Source: Mobula hypostoma
Taxonomy: Eukaryota
Length of the DNA: 64,000 nt
Direction of reading: 5' to 3'
Assembly: GCF_963921235.1 (NCBI RefSeq)
Contig: NC_086097.1
Location: 35,776,001-35,840,000 of the forward strand
Shown: in pieces, positions 1 to 13,181 of the stretch
Layout of the letters: each line of letters starts with the position of its first letter
Numbering within the stretch: the first letter of the stretch is position 1
The notes under the pieces: generated by a model
What the model was told of the DNA's origin: nothing
The model's input: only the letters and a program-made list of their open reading frames with translations
Database searches by the model: none
Made by a program: the position numbers and the translations under genes

Positions 1-74
1 GCTGGATTGTCCAGTCATCTAATTACAGCACAATTGATTCCTGGAGTTTCAAAGAAATTTTCCTCAGGATGCTA

Positions 75-581
75 TAGATGTATGATGGAGAGCATTCTGA
101 CAGGCTGCATCACTGTCTGGTATGGAGGGAGGGGCTAATGCACAGGACCGAAAGAAGCTGCAGAGGGTCATAAATTTATTTGGCTCCATCTTGGGTTGTA
201 GCCTACAAAGTACCCAGGATATCTTCAAGGAGTGGTTTCTCTGAAAGGCAGCATCCGTTATCAAGGTCCTCCAGCACCCAGGGCATGCCCTTTTTTCACA
301 GTTACCATCAGGTAGGAGATACAGAAGCCTGAAGGCACACACTCAGCGATTCAGGAACAGCTTCTTCCCCTCTGCCATCCGATTCCTAAATGGACATTGA
401 ACCCTTGAACATTACCTCACTTTTTTAATACATTGTTTTTGTACATTTTTTAAATCTATTCAAATGTACACTGTAATTGATCTACTTATTTTTTCTTTTG
501 TATTATGTATTGCATTGAACTGCTGCTGCTAAGTTAACAAATTTCACATCACGTCAGTGATAATAAGCCTGATTCTGATTC
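75..581 (+). mobile_element. Rex1/Babar-like LINE, 3' fragment (ORF2 C-terminus, 3'UTR, GATTCT tail)
   Basis: Encodes SILTGCITVWYG...HPGHALFSQLPSGRRYRSL and ends TAATAAGCCTGATTCTGATTC; near-identical to 28320-28570. Confidence 0.8.
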
Positions 582-725
582 CAGTACACTTCTATTTTAG
601 TGTTACTGCATTTTACTTCTCCTACTCATATTTAATCACTATGAGATTACTTAGGCTCTTGTCACTTCTTATGAATGCTTCAGTGTCCCACACAAATATT
701 GGATGAAAGCAGAGATCTGAAGGTG

Positions 726-930
726 CAGATGCTGGAAATCTTGAGCAACACACACAAAATGCAGGGGGAGCTCAGCAGCTCAGAGACCATAAACAGTTAA
801 CATTTTGTGCTAAGGTCTGTCCTCAGTTACTGAAGAAGGGTCTTGTCCCAAAATGTCAACTGTTTACTTCTCTCTATAGATGCTGCCTGACCTGTTGCGT
901 TCCTTGTGCGTTTTTTTTTTGAGTACGTTT
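726..930. mobile_element. Degenerate fold-back mini-PLE (inverted terminal-repeat pair with hammerhead remnants)
   Basis: Minus-strand copy GCAGATGCTGGAAATC..ACACACAAAATG followed by plus-strand CTGAAGAAGGGTCTTGTCCCAAAATGTCAACTG..ATAGATGCTGCCTGACCTG. Confidence 0.75.
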
Positions 931-2884
931 CTCAGAAGGTTCCTATATTTTTTCCTCATACATTACCGCTAAAAACTTCTGACTGAAGCAATTGCATGTT
1001 GTTCTGCTAAACAAGTCTTTGCTTGGAAGACAACTCAAAAAATATTGTCCAAAGCAATGCAGGATTGAAAGTCGCTCTGGAACCAATTTGACCTACAGAA
1101 TAAGAAAGTGCCCTACTTCTCCTCATTGTACTAAAGCCAGGCAGGGATGGTTAGAAGCTCATACTGCTAGCTAGAATTGAGTGATTGGTGATAATAACTG
1201 CATCTAAAATTTCAGCTGCATATTTAACATTCATATACATTACAATCAGTAAAATGATAACACGAGAAGTGGTTTCATAATATGGTTTCATGGAACTATA
1301 TGGATCCTTAAATGTCATGAGCAAATGTGAATGAGGTAATATAATTTGTACAAGACATATAGCTGGTTTTTCATATGCTCTGCAGTTACACAATGAAGCA
1401 GGATCACCATTCCATGAGTAATGATGTGTGCAATGAACCAATTCACTCAATTCATCAACTCTTTGCAATATGATCCTGCACCATCTGCCTTCAAATTTCA
1501 TTTAAAGATAATAGATTTCTACAACTACACCGATCGACTAAAACAAATTTGTTTTTTTTTCCCGTCAATATTTTCATGTTTTTTGCTAGGAAGCAGAGAA
1601 AGGGAAACAGAGTCAGCGGGTTAATAGGAAGCATTGACAATAAATGAACAGCATCCTTCAACACATTTCTGTTCCCCCCCCATATCAATATCACAGATCT
1701 CCATTTACCCATTGCACTCATCTATGTCGCCATTTCCTTTGTTTCACAGCTGATTGACATGGAAGCCCTTGATGACATCTTTCACCTGGGTCCTTTCAGG
1801 ATGTGAGGGGTCTTATGCCACTACTCCTACCCCAAACAGGGATGTAACTGAGAAACTGCATCAAGATTTCTACATCAGTCACTTAAGACAAAACAGGTTA
1901 AAAATATTTTTTAAATATTAGAGCCATTTTCTATCTACACGTGTTTGTCCAAACTAGCTTTGCGTTGTTGGCTAGGAATTTGGGGCAAACATTTATACTA
2001 GGAGAAAATACTTACAGAATTCACTATGGCCAATCCACCCAATACCCCCTCTTTCCCACCCTCATACCCAAGTCCCAAAGCAAGCCAGCAACCCTGGAAA
2101 GTGCCAGGATCTCACTGGTGAGGTGGTGTCATCCCATCACTCAACCATCCATTTGTGCCAGAACTTCTCAGCAGAGTTAAATGACTGGTAATAATGCAAC
2201 AAGCCAGGAGATTTAGTTCCCAGTAGTAGGGCGAGAAATGGGCTTCACCGCCAGAATACTGTCTAGGTTGGTAATCAGCAAGACACTCCTCCAATCCAGA
2301 CAATTTCCATCCGGGAATGAAAATGAGCTACGGCTATAACTCCCATTCAGCAAGTTGGATTCAGAAACGAAACTCTTAAAGTCAACGTTCCTAGTTCCAC
2401 CATTCATTTTAAGTAAACTCCCATCATTTCACTCTGTCTTGTTATTTTTACTATTCTTTTTCATTGTGCATAGTTCTACAGGATTACTGCATCACCCCAT
2501 CATCAATGGAGTTAGCACCGTAGATCTGAAGGAATACAATTTTTATCAAAATGACACTTTATTGGATTCAGATTTTCCTATAGTCCCAGGCGATAAAATG
2601 TGCTGTCACCTTTTACAGCGAGAAATATACAATGGCAGGCATTTCACACATTAGCACATTAAGTTTGCAAGTGGTCTACTAACTACAGAATCCATTTTCA
2701 ATCCCTGGTCACCATTTCAATTGCTAATTATGTTAGTCATCGAGAGATTATTTTAAATCCTTTGTTTATTCCGGGAAACGTAAGAAAACAAACATTTGCT
2801 CTGATATATGGTGTCATTTATCTACCATTCAGTGCAACTGCAAAGGGTTTTACAGCTAGTCAAATTATTCTGAAATGCACTCAC

Positions 2885-3205
2885 TGTCGTCTTCATCTCA
2901 CACTGTCCCTCGGGGCCCAGAATGACTTGCTTCAACTCCACTTCTGTGTGCTCTGCAGTGGCTGATACATCAACATCAGATCTGCAGAGACAGGTGGAGA
3001 AGGAGGACTTGATGGGACAAGCAGGCAGGTAATTTGGGAGATATGTATTTATACCAGGCTTCTGAGTACTCCCAATACTAAGATTCAAGCTTTTCTATTG
3101 CATTGCAGGTACTCCCTTCACCATTTTGAGAAGTCGTGGGCTGGTGATTGTCAATGCTCAGTGGGACATAAAACTTTTGCAAGGAGGCTTTTGGGAGCAT
3201 CCTTA
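2885..3205 (-). mobile_element. Old RTE-like LINE 3' fragment
   Basis: Decayed similarity to an RTE C-terminus (KDA.K.SL region); recognised by eye only. Confidence 0.35.
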
Positions 3206-3214
3206 TGAAGATTT

Positions 3215-3441
3215 TTTAGGAGCAGCTCTTTCCCCTCTGCAATCAGATTTCTGAATAGAAAATGAACAAACCTATGAACACTATCTCAATATTTTTTGCT
3301 CTCTTTTTGCACTATTTAATTTAATTTTTATACAGTATATATTCTTATTAAATTTGAAATCTTTAAAATGTATTGCATGGTACTGCTGCCACAAAACAAC
3401 AAATTTCATGACATGTCAGTGATTTTAAATCTGATTCTGAA
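3215..3441 (+). mobile_element. Rex1/Babar-like LINE 3' tail
   Basis: AGCTCTTTCCCCTCTGCAATCAG..ACTGCTGCCACAAAACAACAAATTTCATGAC..CTGATTCTGA, as in the other copies. Confidence 0.75.
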
Positions 3442-3711
3442 TGTTGATCTGATAACCTCTTGCTGTGATGGAGCCAGAAATGAAAAAGTACTGTTTGGAA
3501 GTTTGTTTGATCGCTGGGCTTGGCAAAATCTTTGCAGGCATTTCTCCTCCGATCAAGAAGCCATCATCAGAGTGCAGCTGAAGGTGTTGTTTCCTCTGAA
3601 TACCGCCTTATATACTCCTCTGGGGTCTGAATGGATATTCATTAGACATCATGATCTGGTTGGCTGGTTCAAAACACTGCAGTAGAAGATTCTGATTGGC
3701 CAGCTTCACAG

Positions 3712-3992
3712 GAGGAGGGTGTCCTTTTATAGTGAAGATGAGGAATTTCTTTAGCCTGAGAGTATTGAATCTGTGGAATTCATTGCCACAGGCAGCTGTG
3801 AAGGCCAAGTCTTTAGGTATATTTAAGGCAGAGTCTGATAGATTCTTGATTGGTCAGGGCATAAAGGAATATGAGGGGGAAAGGCAGGAAATTGGGGCTG
3901 AGAGAAAAAAAAAAATCGATCAGCCATGATTAAATGGCGGAGCAGACTCGATGGGCCAAATGGTCTAATTCTGCTCCTATGTCTTATGGTCT
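3712..3992 (+). mobile_element. CR1 LINE 3' end
   Basis: MRNFFSLRVLNLWNSLPQ..IFKAESDRFL followed by the 3'UTR GCAGACTCGATGGGCC..CTGCTCCTATGTCTTATGGTC. Confidence 0.9.
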
Positions 3993-4021
3993 TTTGGAAG
4001 TGTTTGCTTTGCTGTCCGAGA

Positions 4022-4648
4022 TTACTGGCGATTCATTGATTGTTGAGATCGTAAGGTTTCATATACCAGGTCTAGGTCGATGGGTTTGTTAATGGATCCT
4101 TCTGTAAAGAACCACACTTCAAGAAATTCCTGCTCTTCTCTTGTTCTTGCTTGAATCAAGACTCTGGCTGTCATCCAGCTGAAATGGTGTCCTCCTTCAT
4201 CTTCATGAGCTGATACTATTAAGAGTGGGTCATGCCTTTTGCTCCCTAGCTGATGCTTGTGTGGCCTGGTCGATAGTTTTCTTCCTGTTTGACCAATGTA
4301 GCACTTGTCACAGTACTGGATTTTGTAGATAACATTTGTTCTATCAGTCATATTTTGTTGCACTTTGAGCTTTGATAGTTTTCTCCTCAAAGTTGCAGTC
4401 GTTTTGAGAGCAACTGTGATGCGTTGCTGAAACTTTCTTGCTCTCATTTCCGGGACGTTCTTTATGTATGGCAATACAACTTGCTTATTCATAGTTTGTA
4501 TATTCGGGTTTCTAACCTCGAGGCACCTTTGGATGAAGCTTCTTGAATATCTCTTCTGTTGAATGGTCTTGAAGAGGCTGCTTTCTACTTCCAGTTTTGT
4601 GTCTGTAGTGTTGCAATGGGACTCATACCTCTTGAATAAGATCTCCAC
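4022..4648 (-). pseudogene. PLE GIY-YIG endonuclease domain, 5'-truncated
   Basis: VIY..YIG motifs and R..EFLE.WF helix; no Cys-rich linker. Confidence 0.85.
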
Positions 4649-5704
4649 ATAGTTTTGTTTGTGACACTCCAGGTGATTGCTACTGAAGTTCAGAATTTGA
4701 TCGGTGTGTGCTCCTGTTTTGGAAATCTGAGGTCAGGCATGGAAGTATCATGGCCTGCCAAGCAGAGGGGCCAGTCAGTTCTAGACAATGGTCTGGGTGC
4801 AGTCCGTTTTATTGGATCGCTTATTCTGCCAGAGGATGTGGGAGATTTTTCACAGAAACAACTTTGTTACTCCTCTTGTGCTTTCCCCGGTCATGCTTGT
4901 GATGCGGGAAAGACAGCAGCCGGTTTTGGCGCAGTAGGAATCAAGAAATAGCAATGTATTAACGTCCAAATAATTTGTCTCAAAGACACTGTGGATAATT
5001 CCCCCTGCTCCATTAAAGATGGTGCTCGGGATCTTCCATGATCATCTTCCACCACTCAGCTTAACATCACATATAGGGCAGGCTTTTGTGGACAAGACTT
5101 TGGAATAAGGTTTGAAGCAGCATCCCTTCAATTTAAAGCCACCAGCTTAGTCTCATCTGAGACGTAAACCATCCACGATTTAAGAAGATATTGGAACTGC
5201 CTGTGGTTCCAATCAATGACTTCATTCAAATCAGACACATGCATTCCAGTGGGTTCTAGCTTGATGGCTTTCATCACATCAACTAACTTTTACACATCAC
5301 TGTATACCCATAGTTGCTGGCTCTCTGACATTTGATTTGTGTTCATTCTCAAAGGGTAAAAATCAGTAGTACAGAGAGCAACAAAAAAAACAACAAAACT
5401 GCAGTTTGTGATTTAAATTTTACCTCAAGTACACACTCTTTCTTTCTCCCAAAATAAGTCTAATGTGCCCAGTGGAAACTGTAAGATCTTAGACTGACAG
5501 TGACCTGCCCGGTTACTGGCCATTCATTTATACTTTAACAGATGTCTCTGCACAATTGCTCAGCTGTTCACTCTTACAAAGGAGAACAGGCCTAATTCAA
5601 ATTATGGTTCTGTAAGTGTCAACTATTTACCATTGATTGAAGCTCAAGTTAAGGCCAGCATTCTAGGGAACATTCAATAAAATTATTTAAGAAGGGAAGT
5701 AGGC

Positions 5705-7196
5705 AGAAGAAAGAAAATTATAGGCCACTTAGCCCATCAGAGGTTGGGAAGATGTTAGAATCAATTATTAAGGATGAGGTTTTGGGGTACTTGGAGGTGC
5801 ATGATGAAGTAGGCCAAAGTCACCATGGTTTCCGTAAGGGGAAATATTGCCTGAAACCTGTTGGAATTCTTTGAGGAAATAACAGGCAGAATAGACAAAG
5901 AAGAGTCAGTAGATGCTCTTTACTTAAAATTTCAGAAGGCCTTTGACAAGCTGCCGCACATGAAACGGCTTAACAAGATAAGACCCCATTTTATTACAGG
6001 AAAGATACTAGCATGGATAGAAGATTGGCAGGAAGCAAGGAGTGTGATCAAAGGGGGCCTATTGTTGTTGTTGCTGCCTGTGATAAGTGATGTTCCACAG
6101 GGGTCAGTATTGAGACCACTTCTTTTCAAGTCAATGATTTGGATGACAGAATTGATAGCTTTATGGCCAAGTTTGCAGATGCTACAAAAATAGGTGGAGG
6201 GGCAGGTAGTGTTGAGGAAGCAGGGAGTGCGTAGAGGGACTTTGACAGACTGGGAGAATGGACAAAGATATGTCAGATATAATATTGTGAAGGAAAGTAT
6301 GGTCATGCACTTTGGTAGAAGGAAAAAAGGTATAGACTATTTCTAACAGAGAAAATTCAAAAATCAGAGGTGCAAATGGACTTGGGAGTACTTAAGGTTA
6401 ACTTGCAGGTTAAGTCGGTTTAAGAGACTACTAGACAGGTATATGGAGGAATTTAAGGTGGGGGGTTATATGGGAGGCAGGGTTTGAGGGTCAGCACAAC
6501 ATTGTGGGCTGAAGGGCCTGTACTGTGCTGTACTATTCTATGTTTAAGGAAGGCAAATACAAAGTTAGCATTAAATTTGAGAGGAATAGAATACAAGAGC
6601 AAGTATGTGATGCTGAAGCTTTATAAGACTTTGGTCAGATCACACTTGCAGTATTGTGAACAGTTTTGGGCCCTTTATCTTAGAAGAGATATGCCAGCAT
6701 TGGAGAGGGTTTTTGAGGAGGTTCACGAGAATGATTCTGGGAATGAAAGGGTTAATGTATGAGGAGTGTTTGATACCTCTGGGCCAGTATTTGCTTGAGT
6801 TTAGGAGAATGAGGGGGAATCTCACTGAAACTTATTGAAAGGCTTAGGCAGAGTGGATGTGGAAAGAATGTTTCCGATAGTGGTTGAGTCTAGGACCAGA
6901 GGGCACAGCCTCAGAATAGAGGGACATCAATTGAGTACAGACATGAGGAAGAGGTTCTTTAGCCAGTGGGTGTTTAATCTGTGGAATTCACTGCTATGGA
7001 TGGCTGTGGAGGCCAAGTCATTGAGTATACTCAAAGCAGAGATTGATAGGTTCGTTAGTTGAGGCATCACAGGTTACAGGGAGAAGGAAGGAGAATGGGA
7101 TTGAGGGGGATAATAAACCAGCCATGATGGAATTGCAGGGTAGACTTGATCGGCCGAGTGGCCTAATTCTGCTTTTATGTCTCATGGTCTTGTAGT
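5705..7196 (+). mobile_element. CR1 LINE RT region to 3' end, degraded, with a younger CR1 tail nested at about 6419-6544
   Basis: FQKAFDK, VPQGSVL, KFADA, LYKTLVRSHLQYC, TRGHSLRI, FNLWNSL motifs with frameshifts. Confidence 0.9.
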
Positions 7197-7249
7197 CTAA
7201 AATCATACTTGCGTAGGTCAAAAATTTATGAAATTCAACATAGAAGATA

Positions 7250-7620
7250 GAACATAGTACAGTACACCACAGCACAGGTCTTTTAATCTATTCTAACACC
7301 AAAAGAACCTTCCTCTCCCATTGTGTTCCATTTTTCTTTCATTCATATGAATATCTAAGAATCTTTTAAATGTCCCTGATGTATCCATCTCTACCATCGC
7401 CTCTGGCAACGCCTTCCACGCACTTACCATTCTCTGTGCAAAAAACCTACCTCTGATAACCCCCTATACTTTCTTCCTATCAGCTTAAAAGTATGGCCCC
7501 TCTTATTAGCCTGATCTGCCTCAGGAAAAGTCTCTGGCTGTCCAATTCAAAACATGCCTCATCATCCAGTACGCCTCTACCAAGTCAACTCTCATCCTCC
7601 TTCACTACAAAGAAAAAACA
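7250..7620 (-). mobile_element. CR1 LINE 3' fragment (old)
   Basis: ATAGAACATAG tail; CTTCCACGCACTTACCATTCTCTGTG is the reverse complement of the QRVV.AW motif. Confidence 0.7.
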
Positions 7621-7634
7621 AGTCCTGGCTTGTG

Positions 7635-8792
7635 TATCTGTGTGGATTGGAAATAACATCTCCACCTCACTGACAATCAATGCTGGTGCACCCGAGAGAT
7701 GTGTGCTTAGCCCACTGCCCTACACTCTCTACATCCATGACTGTGTAGCTAGGCTCAGCTCAAAGGCCACCTACTGTATAAATTTGCTGGCAACACAACT
7801 ATTGTTGGCAGGATTTCAGATGGTGAAAGGAGGGCGTACAAGAATGAGATGTATCAGGTAATTGAGTGGCGTCACAGCAACAAAGTGTCAGTAAGTGCAA
7901 AGAACCAATTGTGGGCTTCGGAAAGGGCAAGACAAGGGAACACACACCAGACCTCGTACAAGGATCAGAAGTGGAAAGTGAGCAATTTCAAGTTCTTGGA
8001 TGTTCATACTGCATCTCTAAGGATCTATCCTGGACCCAGCATATTGATGCAGCCACGAAGGCGGCAAGTGGTATCTCCTAATTAAGAAAAAGCTTTTCAG
8101 AATTTTGAACATTACCTTCAGATAATCTCCAATAAAATATGGTTTGGGAATTAAATCACACAAGGCACATCAGCAGCCAGATTTCATTCAGAGTTTGAGG
8201 AGCTTTGGAGTTTCTACAGATGTACCATGGAGAGCAGTCTAACTGGGTGCATCAGCATCTGGTATGCGAGGGGGACACTACTGCACAGGATCGAAAGAAG
8301 CTGCACAGAGCTGTGAACTTAATCAGCTCCATCATGGATACTCTCCTCCCCAGCATCCAGGACATCTTCAAGGAGCAGTGCCTCAGAAAGGAGGCATCCG
8401 TCGTCAAGGACCCCCATCACCAAGGACGTGCCCTGTTCTCGTTGCTGCCATCAGGAATGAGGAGCAGGAGTCTAAAGGTACCCACTCAATGATCAGTGAA
8501 CAGCTTCATTCCCTCTGCCATCCCATTTCTGAATGGACATTGAACCCATGAACACTGCCTCACTACTTTATTTCTATTTTTGCACTACTTCTTTAATTCA
8601 ACTATTATTTTATTTTTACATACACACACACACACACACATATATATACACACACACACACATATATATACACACACACACACTGTAATTCACAGTCTGA
8701 TTCTCTACTATTATATATTGCAATATACTGCTACTGCAGAGACAACAAATTTCCTGACACACGCCGGTGATATTAAACCTGATTCTGATTCT
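7635..8792 (+). mobile_element. Rex1/Babar-like LINE RT fragment to 3' tail
   Basis: GAP..CVLSPL.YTLY.HDC, FKFL, HHQGRALFSLLPSG, GATTCT tail. Confidence 0.85.
8619..8683. repeat. (CA)n/(TA)n compound microsatellite
   Basis: Direct reading. Confidence 0.95.
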
Positions 8793-8998
8793 CATCCTGA
8801 CGCAGTGATCTTGACAAAAGGGAAGTGATATCAAACACGTGCCTGGGTCACGGTGGTAGGAGCCAGTAAAAGAAACTGAGCTTGCTCTTTCTACCCTGAC
8901 CCAGGGTGGGTCAAAGGAATGCAGTGGCAAGGCAGGAACGAGAGTAAATAGTGATGGATGGTGAAGGTGGGTATGATTGCAAGAGCTGGAGGTTCCAG

Positions 8999-10590
8999 CT
9001 GAATCTGAATCAGTTCTAATATCAATGGCATATTATGTTGTGACATCTGTTGTTTTGCAGTAGATTGCAGTACGTAATAAAAGAACTATAAATTACAATA
9101 AGAAATACATTTTATAGGCATCCATTAGTCTCATGAGACCATGGATTTGCACCTTGGAAGGTTTCCAGGGCGCAGGCCTGGGCAAGGTTGTATGGAAGAC
9201 CGGCAGTTGCCCATGCTGCAAGTCTCCCCTCTCCACGCCACCAATGTTGTCCAAGGGAAGGACACTAGGGCCGATACAGCTTGGCACCAGTGTCATCGCA
9301 GAGCAATGTGTGGTTAAGTGCCTTGCTCAAAGACACAACACTGAGGCTCGAACTAGCAACCTTCAGATCACTAGACCGACACTATAGCCACTTGGCCACG
9401 TGTCAACACAATATACTTATTAAAATTAATTTAAATAAGTAGTGCAAAAAAAGAAAAAAGATAAAAATATATTGAAGTAGTGTACTATAAGTGGGTTCAT
9501 TGTCCATTCAGAAATCTGATGGTGGAGAGGAAGAAGCTGTTCCTGAAACATTGGGTATGTGTCTTCAGGCTCCTGTGCTTCCTCCTCGATGGTAGCAATG
9601 AGAAGAGGGCATGTCCTCGGTGATAGTGGTCCCTAATGATGAATGTCGCCTTTTGATGATGTCCTCAGTGTTGGGGAGGCTAGTGCACATGATGGAACTG
9701 GGTTGAGTTTGCTGCTTTCTGTAGCTTTTTCCAATCCTGTGCACTTTGTCCCTCTATACCAGACAGCGATGCAATCAGTTAGGATGCTCTTTACGGTACA
9801 CCTGTAGAAATTTGCAAGCTTCTTGAGTGCCATTCCCAGTCTCCTCAAACTCAGAATCAAATATAGTCACTGCCATACCTTATTTGTAATTGCATCAATA
9901 TGTTGGGCTCAGGATAGATCTTCAGAGTTACCCAGTAACTTGAAACTGCACATCCTTTCCACCACTGACTCCTTGACATGGACTGGTGGGTGTTCCCTCG
10001 ACTTCTCCTTCCAGGTCCACAATCAAGTCCTTGGTCTTACCTGCAATGAGGTCAAGGTTGTTGTAGTAACACTACCCAACCAGCTGATCTACCTCACTCC
10101 TGTATGCCTCATCACCATCTGAAATTTTGCCAACAATGGTTGTGTTGTCAGCAAATCTAGAGATGGTATCTGAGCTGTGCCTAGCCACACAGTCACGTGT
10201 GTAGAAAGACTAGAACAGAGAGCTAAGCACACATCCCTGAGGTGCACCAGTGTTAATTGTCAGTGAGGAAGAGATGTTATTTCCTATCTGTGAGCAAGTC
10301 AAGGATCCAGCTACAGGGAGAAGAACAGGGGGGCCAGGTTTTGGAGCTTGTTAATTAGAACTGAGGATGCAATTGTGTTGAACACTGAGTTGTAATCACT
10401 AAAAAGCAACCTGATGTAAGTATTGCTTTTATCCAGCTGATGTCAGGCCAAGTGGAGAGCCAGTGAGATTGCACCCACTGTAAACCTATTGCAGCAATAG
10501 GCAAATTGCAGAGTGTCCAGGTCCTTGCTTAGGCAGGAGTTGATTCTGACCATGACCAACTTCTCAAAGTACTTCATCAAAGTAGATATG
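8999..10590 (-). mobile_element. Rex1/Babar-like LINE RT fragment, interrupted by a tRNA-SINE
   Basis: CTGAATCTGAATC tail at 8999; NFYRCTVKSILTDCIAVWY; FADNTT and GAPQGCVLS on the minus strand near 10140-10250. Confidence 0.85.
9116..9409 (-). mobile_element. tRNA-derived SINE
   Basis: Minus-strand A box TGGCCAAGTGG, B-box-like AGTTCGAGCC, then TGTGTCTTTGAGCAAGGCACTTAACC; near-identical copy at 19259-19549. Confidence 0.85.
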
Positions 10591-10714
10591 AGTGCAACTG
10601 ACAATTGTCATTGGGACAGCTTATCCTGCTCTTCTTGGGCATCGGTATCTGGAGTTGGTGAGGAGTCGGCACAAGGTACAAGGCTGATCAACTTCTAATC
10701 GAAGCCTCACTAAA

Positions 10715-11150
10715 AGCATTCTGTCTGGATGCATCACAGCTTGGTATAGCGACTGTGACCACAAGAAACTGCAGTGGTGGACGCAGCTGAACACATCATG
10801 GAAACCAGCTTCCCCTCTATGGACTCGTCTATACTTTTCGCTGCCTCAGTAAAGCAGCCAGCGTAATCAAAGACCCCACAACCCCCTGGACATTTTCCAT
10901 TCTCCACAGAATTGGGCTGAAGATACAAAAGCCTGAAAGCACCTACCACCAGGCTCACGGACAGCTTGGATCCCACTGTTATCTGGCTCTTAATGGGACA
11001 TCCTGTATGATAATGTGGACTCTCGATCTCACAATTTCCCTCACTATGATCTTACACTTTATCACTTACCTGCACTGCACTTTTTCAGTAGCTATTACAC
11101 TTTATTCTGCATCGTTATTGTGTTACCTGATTCTACCTCAGTACAGTGTT
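10715..11150 (+). mobile_element. Rex1/Babar-like LINE 3' fragment (different subfamily)
   Basis: SILSGCITAWY..KAASVIKDP..RYKSLK. Confidence 0.75.
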
Positions 11151-12279
11151 CTATAAGTAGTGAGGGGAGAAAGGTTGAACATAACAGACTATTGAAGGTA
11201 TCACTGTCTTGGGAATGACAGAAATGATCACTTCCAGTACAATTTGCAAATACTTCAAAAGGAATTGTGTTGGTTTTACAAGACCTACGGGTTGACATTT
11301 CCCAATGCCTGAGCTTTAAAAATAAATTCTATTTTTATTTTCAAACCAAGATAGTGTTGAACTATGATGTTTTGGATTACCAGAAGGATAGATAGAAATA
11401 ATCTCATACAATCAAGTTGCATGAATCCATCACATCAAATGAAAGTTCAAATACTTCATCTCAGAATGCACCATACTATCCTAATACAAATCATTTCTGT
11501 TCTGTGAAAAAGGGTTGGAAATCTCAATTTCAGGAAAGATCTGATGAGCTGTTTCCTACCAAAGAACAACCTTCCCCTACACAAACACACATAAAACCAT
11601 GTGGCTGCCAGTTAAATAACTGAAGCGTTTTCCTTTAGATTAGCAAGTGAATGAGCTCATAGATAAACACAGAGAGAAGACACGGAACATTGCTCCATCT
11701 TGACAAGGGGCTGTGCTAGGGTTAGGAAGAGGATATAGTTGGGGGGGGTGGAGGGAATCAGTTACATTCCTCTTTCTTATATCCTCATCCTTTCTCCACA
11801 GGATACTCAAATCACGGATTGTAAGAGCAAGCAATTGAATTCCACTATTTCACCTGCATTAGAGTGAAGAAACTTCTCTTCACCACAGATCTAAATGTCC
11901 TAACTGTTATCCTGAAACTTTATGATTAAGTGCAGACAGAAGAGATTTAGTTTAGACTGGTATCATGTTCAGCACAGGTATCGTGAGTGAAAAGGCCTGT
12001 TTCTGTGCTGTACTCTTCTACTTCAGCCAATTTTCAAACAACGTACACTAGCCCCAGTTCCATATCCTTTACACCCTCCAAAGATCCTCTTAAAATCCAA
12101 ATACATCACACCCATTGGTTTTCCCTTTACTTTTCTATTATTATAGTAATGTATAACAAGATACTGTTAAAAAGTTTGTTAGTGGGCAATTTAACCAGTT
12201 CATTCCATGGAGGAGAAGTGGGAAAGACTGGGGTGGCAGGGGTGTTGGCTACTTTTCCAAGGCAGTAGGAAGTGTATTA

Positions 12280-12610
12280 CATCTTCAAAAGAAACTCTAA
12301 TAATTTGACAAACATTCCCTTTCATAAATCCTTTCATGTTCTGCCTGATATTTTCTAAATGCCATGTAATAACATCCTTTATAATAGACCCAGGCATATT
12401 CCCTACCATTAAGGTTAGGTTAACTAATCTGTAGTCCCCGTTTTCTCACTTCCTCCTTCCTTAAATACTTCAGCTCCATTTGTCACCCTCCAACTGACAG
12501 ATATTGTACCATTATCAGTAGAATTTTAATCTGAGGATGGCAATGAATGCAGTCACTATTTCCATGGCTACTTCATAAAGAGCACTGGGCTGCAGATTAT
12601 CAGGGAATTT
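12280..12610 (-). mobile_element. Old CR1 ORF2 fragment
   Basis: GDYRLVNLTLMVGN..SIIKDVIT.HLE..GFMKG on the minus strand. Confidence 0.7.
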
Positions 12611-13181
12611 ATTGGAACTGTTAACTTAGCTGGAACATAATAAGGTGCCTGACTGTGTAAACAAAGTGTGGTAAATCTATGTCTGAGAAATCCAGAAAAA
12701 AGGGCTTTCAAAATTTCCAGTAGGTTCCACTACATGCACATCAACCACTTCTCTCCACAGCCTCTCAGCAGCCTTCATCCAGCCGCCATGCACTGGCACT
12801 TTACACTTACACTCCACACCTCATATCTACACTGACACAGTCACTGTCCTACTGCACTTTCACATGCTGGAGATCTTCTTGCCAAGAGTCACTTTATCAT
12901 TTTCCTGTCAGAGTTATCTAACATTCAGATTCCCCTGCATTGTGTCTTGTCGCATTGCTGTTATATTTAGATTCATTGTGGGTCTTATTTTGATTTTTTT
13001 TTATTGTTCTTTATCCTTATTGTGTTTTTCTTTCCACTTCATCAGATCGGGAGTATCTATCATTTTGTTCTCTTTCACACTTGTACTGAAGAATGACAAT
13101 AACCAAGCTTGAATGTTCAGACAACACATCAAAGTTGCTGGTGAATGCAGCAGGCCAGGCAGCATCTCTAGGAAGAGGTAC

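Larger units (their letters stand above)
3505..4712 (-). mobile_element. Penelope/Poseidon-type PLE 3' part (RT thumb, GIY-YIG endonuclease, terminal repeat), interrupted by a CR1 fragment
   Basis: HTDQILNFSSNH thumb motif at about 4670-4710; ORF 4022-4648 with VVLPYIK and NVIYKIQYCDKCYIGQTGRKL; degenerate hammerhead at 3533-3576. Confidence 0.85.
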
